Shown piece by piece: positions 39,101 through 49,455 of a stretch of DNA of 64,000 bases (positions within the stretch are counted from its first letter, which is position 1; every line of letters starts with the position of its first letter). Source of the stretch: Amoebophrya sp. A120 (taxonomy: Eukaryota; Protista; Dinoflagellata); the NCBI GenBank assembly GCA_905178155.1, contig CAJINV010000002.1, positions 4,893,709-4,957,708 on the forward strand, read 5' to 3'. Under the pieces are notes generated by a model. The model made no database searches. It worked only from the letters and a program-made list of their open reading frames with translations, and was not told the DNA's origin. The translations under genes were made by a program, and so were the position numbers.

Positions 39101-42100
39101 CCCGCCTTTCAAAATAAAGTACATCTCGGAACTTGTATCGCCGCACCGGATCACCACGTCCCCGGGGGAGAAATTCATGATTCGCAAGTTCATCACCAGT
39201 TATCGAAAGGAAAAATCCCCCCTCCCCCTATCAAAACGGAGCTTCTGTTTCTGATGCTGGATTTGCGTACACAGATCAGCCTGGTATTGCAGAAAGGCAC
39301 TGCGGCCCGATCTCCAGGCTAGGCAGGGGCTTATGGGTCTAGTTGTTTGGCATGGCAAACGGCTCCCCTTTAGGCCCGACAGCATGACAAATCGCTTCCA
39401 TAATGGGGCGGAAGCTTCTGCCCTTGTCTTCTTGCAAGACAAATGTGAATTGTGAACTCAAATCAGCAACACAAACTTCCGGAAACATACCTTTTCAATG
39501 TGAGGAGGGGGAGTTTTTCCTTTCATCACCAGTGCCTTGATCGCCTTCGGACTGGCGTCCTGGAAAAACGGCACGTGGCGAATCAACCCCCGGAAAATCC
39601 ACAGCTTGATTTCCACTTTCAAATTGGTGGACAACGCCGTCGCGTCCAACAACCGGTCGTAGGTATCAAACGGAAAAGCCCCCCCCTCCCATATCGAAAT
39701 GGAAATCTGTGATGCAGGATTTGAGGTACCAAGTCGACTTGTCATGCTAGAAGGCCAAGAGCCGCAGTCGTGGTCTCGTTTGCAGGCAATTTGTCATGAT
39801 GTTTCCCACTCTCAGCTGCCTCCTATCATGCTGAAGGTGCAAGGCTCCCCCACGCCACCGAGCACTACCGTCCGCATCTTTTCCCGTGTAGCATGACAAA
39901 GCTGATTTGTGACAACAAATCTGCATCACAGATTTCCGTTTTGATATGGGGAGGGGGAATTTTTCCTTTTGATAGTAGGTGTGGCAGTCGTGGTTCATGT
40001 AGCTGTACAGGTGGAATTGGAGTACTCTTCGCTGGAGTTCGTACGGTAACGAATGTCGGTCCATCGCGGATCGGATCAATTGCAACTGCTCGTGCCGCTG
40101 GCTCCGCATGCTGTTTACCCGCTGCAACAAAACGACGAAGTGCGACGTCATCCACATGATGAAAAACGCGGAGCTGGGCGCCGCTAAGCCCAGCAAAGCG
40201 ATCTCCTCCGTCGTGAAAGCCGATCGGTCCCGCGCCATCAGCATGTACGCGCCGTCGCGGAAGGCGTTGGCGTAGAAGGTCCACAGGGTTGGGTTCTGCA
40301 CTTGATCCAAATGGAGCAATATCGTGGAGTTGTTCCCACCGGGAGAACTGTTGTGCTGTAACTGGATGAAGAACCAGAGACACCCTAAAAAGTGGGACAA
40401 CAGGAAAAACCACAAAATCACCCGCCCGATTTCGATTGAGTACGAAATCGAGCTGTGCAGCTGGCACATCAGGTACTCCTGCCAGGCCGGCGGAATTTTT
40501 GTCAAGTGTCGGTACCCGCGGAGAGTCGCGGTGAGTAACGCGAGGAATTGGATTTGCGTTGTTTCTTCGAAGTAGAGAAAGGGGATGGTCGTGGAGAAAT
40601 CGAGCAGTAAAATCGTGTAGTTGTGGTTCCACAGCTGGTTCCAAATGTCCTCGAATTCAATCAATTCCTCCCCGGTGTTGAAATCCGGCTGCGTCGTGAA
40701 AAACCGCAGGGCAATCGCGACTAAAAAGTACAAACAGTGCAGAAACAAATCGAAGATGGTGAGAATCTTCTCGAAAGAGAGCACGTCGCCTGTGGAAGAA
40801 GTAGAGTTAGACGAGAGATCCACCGCATTGAAGTCTCCTTCTTTATTGTTGCTATTTCCGACTGCGAAAACGGTTTCGTAACTGTCCGCAGATTCGTTGT
40901 TCGGGTGGTCCAGGATTTTCGAGAATTTCGCGAAGAAGAACGGCGTCCAGAGGAGGGTCCAGAGCGAGATGAAGGATAGAACTAGTTCTAACCCCTTCCA
41001 CACGTTCCCGTTATAGGACAACGGGAAGTGCTTGTCAAAGAATTTTTGGAACAAATTATCCTCAGTCACCGGCGAAAAGCTGCTGGTCTTACTCCTCAAA
41101 CTAATGCACGGGCACCACCAGCACAGCCGCTTCTTTCGTTGCGCCTTTTGCAGCAATATCAGGTCCTCTTGACTCACCCCGCCGGGTAAGATGGCGTCGG
41201 AACGAATGGACATTAACCGGACATTGTCTTGATTGCTCGGCTGTTGAAGACCACTCAGCCGCTTCCCTCCCATTGCGCCGTTATGTGCAAGAACCGTGGG
41301 GAAACTAGACCTTCTCCGTCCGTATTCGTCGAAGGCTTCCTTCTGCAGATTCGGGTTTTGTTTCAGCAACATGCTCGCCCGGCTCCGTTTGGGGCGCAGG
41401 ACGCCACTGTAGCACTCGAACGCCGGGTGGTCGTCGAGGTTGTCCCGCAAACAGATCCCGGTGGCGGCCACGCTAGCATATGCATTGCACATATGTCTGG
41501 GCCTGGAAAATTGTGATGCAAGGAAGGAAATAGTGAAAACACTGTAATGCGCAGCCCAGCATGACAAGTTTTGCCGTGGTTCTGAGTTGCGTGCTCCGCA
41601 TGAGAAGAGAAACTAACTGCGTTTTTGCATGACAGGCGAGAGGAGCTCTTTGCGGCCACGCAATACAGAGCTCAGAGTCGAGTGCCAGACTACCATGACA
41701 AATCTCGCAATCTCCCAGACCCAGACATATTTGCAGTCCATATGGCGCCCAAATCGACCACGGACCCGCGTCTCGACCGGCTGGCAATGCTGTTTCGACC
41801 GAAGCCCGATTTGTTGCTTCCTTGCTGGTTTTCCCGCGTTTGCACCGCGTCGAGCAGCTCGGATTTCACTTGTTGCAGGGTCCGGATCACGGTTGGCGGG
41901 GACTTCACTTTATTGTTTTCGGAGTTGTGTTGTTGTATCTCTGATGTGGATGAACTGCTCTGCTTTGCTCTAGAACTAGAACTTCGGAGGTTTTTACCAT
42001 TTTTCCGGTCGCTCGTCTTGTCTTCCAGCAAAGTATTGGTTCCCGTCGGTGTTTTTCCGGCCTTGCTTTTATAGGGATTTGGAATGCAAGAAACAGACGA

Positions 42101-45100
42101 GGCTTCTTGTTCCTGTTGCTGTTGCTGCTCCCCCTGCTCTGTACTAGTCGCACCAACCTTTATCTTCCCCGCGGCGCTCGAGGACCCCGATGCTCTTTCT
42201 TGCTGCGGCACGGCGGAGCCCGTTGTCGTCCTGGTCGAAGACACCGTTGTCAACGACTGCTGGCTCGTCGTCGTTGCGGTTGGAAGTGGAGGTATTGATA
42301 TCGGGGCAGCTGCTCCTGCAACGACCGAATTCGAGATCGAATTCACATTGCTCATAATCGGCAGACTGGACTCCGAATTTGGCGTCACCGGCATCTGCAT
42401 CATTTGGTGCTGCTGTTGGTCTAAGGTCTGCAAACTACCGTTCAGACTCCCATTCAAACTCCCATTCATTCCCGCGTTGCTCGGGGTGTTGTTGTCCCGA
42501 TTCTGTGGCGAGTTGCTCACTTCCGAGTGCGGACTGCGGAAAGCATCGGACAGTAGTCTCGTGCTGGTGCGCCGGGTCGTGGCATTGTTTTCTTGCAGCT
42601 GGTCGTTCTCGTCCTGTTGAATGTTTGCTCCTGCGGCAGATGAACTAGGATAATGGTCTCTTGTGGGGGAAGTCGAAGTGACTTTCTTTATCATGTTGAA
42701 GAAGGGGGATCCGGCAGATTTCATCATGTTGTAGAGCGGGGAAGAGTTCGTGGATGTTGTCGTGGTTTTCTTCACCTGCTGATTATCGCTTATCGTGGTC
42801 GTGTGGTCCACATTTTTATGGTGCTTGACGTTACCATTGTTATTGTTTTCCTCTCCATTGTTGCTCCTTACCCCGACGGAATTCGTAACCGAATTCGCCT
42901 CCGGTATCACCTTTTCGGTCGATGCTGTCCGGGAGAAAAACCCCGTTTTGGTATTCATTCCCCCACCGGCGCCTAACGCTCCTCCAAGTGTGTTCGACAT
43001 CGACATTGTCGGACTGGACAATCCTAACGACGACTTCAGGTTGAACGATGCTCTTAACTCTTGATCGCCGGTCTGCTCCTCCCCCACATTTTCGGTGACA
43101 GAACCCAGATCCGTGCTGTTGATCATGTTAGACCCTCTCCGCATCAGATTCCCCAAGCTGTTCGTGCTGTTGGTGATGCTTTGATGTTGGTTACCGTTTT
43201 GATTATTGTGCGGACCACCTCCCATCATCTCCGTCGACCGGACCGGCGACCCGTGGAAGGACCCCCCACCTCTCGGGCTCCTCGCACCGGAAGCTAAGAA
43301 ACCAGAAGAACTACGGCCACCGCCAAGAGATGCGGAGAAACGGTTCGTTTGAAAATCGGGGAAGTCCACGGATTTGTCGCCCATAGAACTCCGTCCGCCG
43401 AAAATGGAAAAGTTCGAGTCGGTCGATTTTTTCCGAAACGAGCCGAATTTCCCGAACATGGAGGATTTTCTTTTACTTTCCTCCGCGCGGTTCCGCATGC
43501 CGGAGAAGAGATCCGAGGAGGAAGCTACAGACGTTCCCTGGCTAGAGGTCGTCGTGCGGACATTATTGTTGTGGTTTGCCCACAGATTGTAACTCGAAGA
43601 TCTGTTCACATCCAAGTCGGGCACCCTGTCGATTTCGATTCTCGCCGCGTCCATGTTCGCATTGGTGTTGGTCGACGCTCGCAGATCCAAGTTTTTCTGC
43701 AAATCGTCGATAATCCCTCGTGTGTATTTGGGAATACCCATGGATTGCGACACCGAAGACCGGTCGGAAAAATTCGAAGACCGCAGAATCTGCTGTTGTT
43801 TGTGGTAGTCCGCGTTGCCGAAGTCGGAACTGTGGTCGGATTGGGAATTTTGCGTTCTGTATTGCGGACTATTGTTGCCCACGTTCATGGCGGCAATGTC
43901 TTCCCTCGTGTATTTCGGCAACGAAAAGGATTGACTCGCACCGGAATAGTTATCAAATGTAAAAATGTCTGGGTCTGGAAGAATCCAACTTGTCATGCTA
44001 AATTTTTTTATTTTTTTTTTCTAGGCTTCTAGCGCATGGATTTCCATTCATTTTCTTTTCACTTTCTTTTCGTTTTTTTTTTCTTTTACTTTCCACTTTC
44101 GTATTTTCTTTTCGTGTGGAATTCCTTCTTTTCTTTTTTTTTCTTGCTTTTGATTTTCTTTTTATTTTTTTTTCTTTTCATCCATCGCGCTGAAAGCGGT
44201 GGGCGTTTCACGAAGAAGAGCGCGGATTTGTTTGGCGTTCCCGAGGCCATAGGCCGTACCTTTTTGATAAAATCCGGGCTGCGTCCTGCTTCCCGCATTG
44301 CCTCCGCCCTTCTATTCCCTTGCAAACAGGCCGCGCCCACCGTCTCCCCGCACGCAGGGCTACGCAAGTTCATTCTGTGCTTCTGTTTTTGTAAAACAAA
44401 CGCGAAAGACTAAGACAAAGACGCAACATTTAGGCACTGAGGAACTACGAAAAGCGGCGCAATGAACTGGCGCTACAACTACTATCAGACTCTACATCCT
44501 AAGACTTGACAACGATGCTACTAGTCCCGGTTTTAAGTAATCTTACCCCGCCAGCCACTGCTGGAAAAAAAAGAAAGCACATCCCTGCAGTTTTGGAAAA
44601 AGGCGCAACGAGTGGGGGGGGACCACAGGAGTCACCCCCCCGCAAGCTGCGCAGGCGTTGAAGCATCTGCTGCTTATTTCTACGCGAGCTACTTGATTCA
44701 TCACGTAGGGCTTCCAAAAAACGAAGTGCTTTTTACGAAGTGCATCGCTTTCAAAAACTGAATGATGCAAAAATCTGTGTTGCGTGAGTACCAAAAGGTG
44801 TCCACTTTTGACCAAGTTGAGATGGAGTTTTTCATGCAGGAAAGGCATGATAGAGACCTCAGAGAATCTGTCATGCTAGGTCCTGCATTCCAGACCTCAT
44901 GGGTCATGGAAAAGCTGTATGACAAATCGCGCATTCTTCCAGACCCAGACATTTTTACATTTGATAATAGTCACTGTAGAACGACATCTGGCTGTCCCGG
45001 TCGCGGTCTAACCTCTTCGTGTTCGCATTCGAAGGATTCATGGTGGATATCGCAAGAAAAAACTGTTTCACTGTAAACCTGTAATGCGGAAAGTGCATCA

Positions 45101-46863
45101 CTCAAGTGTTTGTCTTGCTACACATGCAGGACAAATGATTTTTACCGGTGTTCTCCCTTAGGATCCTGGCATGGCAAGTTTTCTTTCTAATGTGTAGCGA
45201 ACTTGTAATGCAAAACTTGCAAAATCCCGACAGTGAAACAGTTTCTTCTTACGATAGTGGAGAACTGGCCGTTGTTATCGTGCGTCACGATTGGGTTTGG
45301 GTCTAATCTTGGCGACATGGGTGGGGACATCGCGGGGGACCGTGATCCGCTGGCGTGGTTTGTGTTTGTGAGTGTCCCACCCCCCGGGGAGAGAGCCCCT
45401 CCTCCCTGTACTAGCACCGGTGACGCTGTTCCGGACTGGTGAGGCGAATTTTGCTGCTTTTCCTTCGAACTGGGTCCGAATCTGTTAGGAGTGGACGTAG
45501 AGCTTGCCTTTTGACCTCGTCCGTCATGATCATCATTTTCTCCCCCGCTGTTCTTCTGATCTCTGAACAAATCCCGACTGTTCCCCAATTCAAACGACAT
45601 TTCTGGTGCGTTGTACGCGAAACTCGGCGTGGACAGAGGGGCCGCGTCTTCGTTTTGATGCTGAGTTCCTCCAACCTGTAACGTCGTGTTGCTGTTGTTC
45701 TGCGGTGGCTTCACGATGTGCGGCAACTCCCCGATATCGGACACACGGGATTGACCAAGTGGTTCCTGACCTTCGGTCGACATACGCGACTGATGCAAGT
45801 CCAGCTGTTCCTGATCCAGGTGAACAGCTCGTATAGTAGAACTTTTAGCCGCATTATTTCGCTCGTGAAGATGTTCTCTGCTTTCGTGCTCCATCGTCGT
45901 GACATGATCGTTGACACTGCCAAAGAGCTGCATCTCGTGGCTCAGAAACGAGTCTTTTGACTGTCCCCGGGCGGAACTGGGGGTCAAAGGTAAGTTCTGT
46001 TCGTGGTCCGATTGGTTCTCGGAACTGCTCTATCAAATGCAAACATGTCTGGCTCTGGAAAGTTGGAACTTGTAATGCTAGCTTTACATGCCTGGGAAAT
46101 CTGTATTGCATAACCGACAAAAGCCGCACCCATTTTTATCATGCAAAAACGCAGTTTCTCATGCGGGCTGCCTATGAGAAAGTGCTCCGGAAAGTTGTCA
46201 TGCTGGTCTGCATTCGGAAGTGTTTCCATCATGCACATTTTAGCATCACAAGTTTCCAGACCCAGACATTTTTGCATTTGATACGCTCACGTTCCCGCAG
46301 CTACTCCCCGGCCGACTACTTGTCGCGGGCGACTTCGGTTGGTTTTGGTTCAAAAACCGCCGATATCAAATGTAAAAATGTCTGGGTCTGGAAAATTGGA
46401 ACTTGTGATGCTAACTTTGGACTCTAAAAAAATCTGTATTGCATGACCAGCAAGAGGAGCCACATTTTTGCTACGCGAGGAGGGCATTTGTCATGCGGAA
46501 ATGGCATCCGGAAGCTTTCCAAAAATCGGCGATGCTGGGTCATGCATTACAAGCGTCATGGGTCATGCCGGACAAGCATGACAAGCCTTCCATTCTTCCA
46601 GACCCAGACATTTTTGCATTTGATAGACGGGAGTTCGGGGTCGCGTTGGGGGGGAGGAGCAGACTGATGTTGGACGACTGGGAGGCGACTGGGTTGAAAC
46701 TTTGATCCCGGCTGGGGGACAGGTCGCCGTGTGAGTTGTCCTCGTGAGAGCGGGAATTGGAGTTGTCGTTCTCGTCGGAGTTGTTGCTGACATTTTTGCT
46801 GATATTGGAAGTGGGAGAATCCAGCTCCAGATTCGCCGCCGTCGTGGGGGACTTTTTTCCCAT
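36141..46863 (-). CDS. Six-TM cation channel with C-linker and cyclic-nucleotide-binding domain (CNG/HCN/EAG-like), ~2525 aa, 9 introners
   Basis: Removing 9 elements leaves 7578 nt in frame. TM region with SHFLGCLWFFI, C-linker MDRHSLPYELQRRVLQFHLY, VPFFQD, and cNMP domain FSPGDVVIRCGDTSSEMYFILKG...YFGEFALL...RRTAWVRA. Confidence 0.85.
38318..38468. mobile_element. Introner family F (TIR TAT....TGCAAAAGTATCG.ACT.GTA)
   Basis: 151 bp, DR aaaca/aaacg. Confidence 0.88.
38527..38832. mobile_element. Introner, A-type TIR with divergent interior
   Basis: 306 bp, DR gatcg/gatcg. Confidence 0.88.
39201..39528. mobile_element. Introner family A with altered right terminus
   Basis: 328 bp. DR ccagt is extended to the 12-nt repeat ttcatcaccagt. 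Confidence 0.88.
39664..39974. mobile_element. Introner, A-type TIR with unrelated interior
   Basis: 311 bp, DR gtagg/gtagg. Confidence 0.9.
41479..41742. mobile_element. Introner family B (variant interior)
   Basis: 264 bp, degenerate DR tagca/tggcg. Removal joins DLGA|SVAA. Confidence 0.85.
43951..44966. mobile_element. Introner family B (262 bp type) carrying a 754-bp nested insert
   Basis: DR atagt/atagt. 1016 - 754 = 262 bp, the same length as the 19172 and 28902 copies. Confidence 0.88.
44004..44757. other. Unclassified insert inside an introner; T-rich left end (A-rich 3' end on the minus strand)
   Basis: Interrupts the family B sequence GCTAAAT^CTGAATGATGC with no evident target duplication. 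Confidence 0.7.
45048..45256. mobile_element. Introner family E
   Basis: 209 bp, DR gtgga/gtgga. Inverted relative to the 10530 copy. Confidence 0.92.
46031..46283. mobile_element. Introner family B
   Basis: 253 bp, DR tgctc/cgctc. Confidence 0.9.
46364..46625. mobile_element. Introner family B
   Basis: 262 bp, degenerate DR gccga/gacgg. Removal joins PNSR|RFLN. Confidence 0.88.
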
Positions 46864-47590
46864 CTTCTCAAAGAACTTCCGAGTTTAGTGCTTAGTGAAA
46901 AGTTGCAGGAGACAATCTTGCTTTTTCTTGTTCAGCTTTTACGTGTAAAAAATTGAGCTCACATGGCATACATCATTCTAGATCAAGATCTTCAAAGACT
47001 CTCATTTCATAAAATTGCGGTCCGCCTACCGTTCTTTCCGAAAGATCAGTGTGAAGCACAAAGTTTCACAAGAATATGCAAAACAATCCAGGACCCGTCC
47101 GTTCGTGATCACCAGCGGAAAAAAACGAGATTGTACAAGAGCTTACCCGAAAAAAAAATCAAGTAGCATCGATCGTTGCTGCTTCGTTGCTCTTGCCGTC
47201 GAACGAAAAAAGGAAATAAAAATAAGCACATCCCCGCAACCAAAACCGAAACCGTAGCCTGTCACTGAAAACACCCCCTCCCCGCAGTCGACAAAGCGCA
47301 AGGCGCCATCGAGTACTTTTGCACACTGCTGCTCGTGCTAAAAATTTCGGTTTCCTACAAATCAACTACATTCTCTTGGTCAACAATCTGATTGCACTCA
47401 TTTCAGGCGTGCGTGAAAGTTCATAAAGCAGTGAGTAGTCTCCAAGCACAACAGATACGGTATTGTAAGAAAGGGTATTAAAGTCGACGTAGTGTTCTCT
47501 GACATTGATGACATAGTGCATTTCACCTCGTTTTCATATATAGTAAATCATACACTAAAACAGTAGTTACGAAAAGGAAAAATCTTTTTA

Positions 47591-49031
47591 TCAGATCTCC
47601 GTATATTTCAAGATGTCTTTCCGTGGCGGTATCTTCTCGGGTATTACCACGTGCGCGTGGCCCTTCTTTTGCACCGAATCCTCGGGCAGCAAAGCCGGTG
47701 CCAGCCGCCCCTGCTGGTCTCGTGTGCTGGAGCCCAATTTCCACGTCGCGGCGCGGTTTGCAGACCTGGAGAACGAGAGGCGGAGTGGCAAGAAAGTTTT
47801 TGTGATGCGTTAAAATTGAATTTTATGACGCATGCAAATGGCCTTTTTGCATGAGAACAGAAACAGGAATTTGGACAGCTCAGGTTCACTCGCAACAACA
47901 AAAACTACGCACCGAAACTCACTCGGGACCGAGGAAGAGGAAAGCACTTCAGCCCCTGCCGTTGTGATGCGTTAAAACAGAATTTAGCTGCATTGTGTAT
48001 CTAGTTATCATTTTCATGCATCACAATGAAAGAAAATTCACTACCTTTGGAACTTCAAGCGCAAATTTCCGTCGTGATCTCCACCCGGCGGCGCCATGGA
48101 CACTGCTTCCTGTTTGTTCTTGAAACGCGGCGCCTTGCCGAACGAATACCTCGGCAAGCTCGGTTTTCGCGCGTTCGGCTGGACGCCCACCCCCGCGGGC
48201 AGTGTGTACGCCTGCGGTCCGGGTCGCACGTCGTACTTGGACGCGCCCATTTTCGTCTTCGAGGCAATAGTAAAGGCCGGCGGCATGCGGTTTGCAGAGC
48301 CAAAGTTGGCGGTGTACTGCGCGGGGCCTGGTGATATGCCCCCCGGCGCGAACCCGTCCAGACCGGGGGCGTTGACCTAGTGGCAAAGAATTCAACATCA
48401 AGCCAATCGACAAAGAATCAAGCATCTGCTAGTTCTAGAATCAACTCATCTGACTACATCATCTATGAGAGCCCAAACTCCTACTGTCACACAGAAAGGA
48501 CGACATATTAATGAGAAATGTGCCACCAAATTTACCGCCGCTGTCCTCAAACTTGTGCCGAACTTTGCGTTGCCCATTCTCGGATGTTTGTACTTGTCTG
48601 GCAGTGGCTGATCGATCTGCAAGAGGTCGTTACTTGTCGGCGGGTAGCTATTCGGGTTCTCCAAGCCCGCTCTCTTGTTGGTCCCAAAGCCAAATTTTGG
48701 ACCCGGGGTCCTGCCGGAGAGTTGGTACACTGGGCCCGGAGAGTCGATGCCGATTACGTCGGCAGAGTGGGATTTGGAGATGTAAACCTGAGTTAGTTGT
48801 AGTGGAGAAGAATTGACAAAAGTTCACTTTTAGTCTGTTGGAGAAAAGAACGCATGACAATCAATGTGCAGTTGCCATCAATTCCTACATCACGCATGAC
48901 ATCGAAAGAACCTTCTGGGCCTGGTCCCTCGTTGACGAGCCCATTCCCCATCTTGGCGCACATGCCTTGATACCCTCCGCCTGCTTGGCGCATGCTGGCA
49001 CCTGGAAGCTGTCTTTCGAGAAGTCCGCCAT
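47591..49031 (-). CDS. ODF3/STPG (SHIPPO-repeat, PGP-motif) axonemal-type protein, ~292 aa, 3 canonical GT-AG introns
   Basis: Exons 49031-48912, 48787-48536, 48376-48045 and 47765-47591 (879 nt). Repeats SPGPVY, TPGPKFGFGT, SPGPAQY, RPGPQAY and PRYSFG. Confidence 0.8.
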
Positions 49032-49455
49032 TTTGATTTTTTGTACTTACAGCCTGCCCTGGGGTTACGCCATGGATGCGAGACGACTTTATCTAGACAA
49101 TCTTGATGCGGCTATTTACGTGTGCGTCACCGCTGCATGTCGGCGACATTGCAATCGCAAGTTTGATGACGAAAATTTGATGTAGTCGCATTTTCATGGA
49201 TCATGTAGTGCACCCAAACGAAGCGACAGAGCTGACGATCCAAACAGTCCGAACGTAGTACTGAGACTCACTCGGAAACAATCCTCCAATATTCGTCACT
49301 CAGCTATTCTCTTCCTCATTTCGACAAAAGCAAACTCACAAAACAGTCGACGGTTGCAAAAACACCCATTGCAACCAGCTTCATTCTACGCCAGGTGGTA
49401 GATCAAGTGTAACCCGGTGTAGCTAGTCCACGAAACGAGTTGACTTTAACTTATT

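Noticed and set aside
44004-44757. Helitron call for the nested insert
   Set aside because: No clear 5' TC / 3' CTRR ends with a subterminal hairpin at the inferred boundaries; left unclassified.
11736-46863. Pseudogenes disrupted by MITE insertions
   Set aside because: Frames and conserved motifs are intact across every junction, with no stops or frameshifts in the reconstructed exons, which is not expected for dead genes with up to 15 insertions.
48793-48993. ORF MRQAGGGY...GPGPEG as first exon of the ODF3-like gene
   Set aside because: The alternative frame from ATG 49031 (...APRWGMGSSTRDQAQK) splices in phase at a GT and matches the internal repeat WKLGSSTRDQ.
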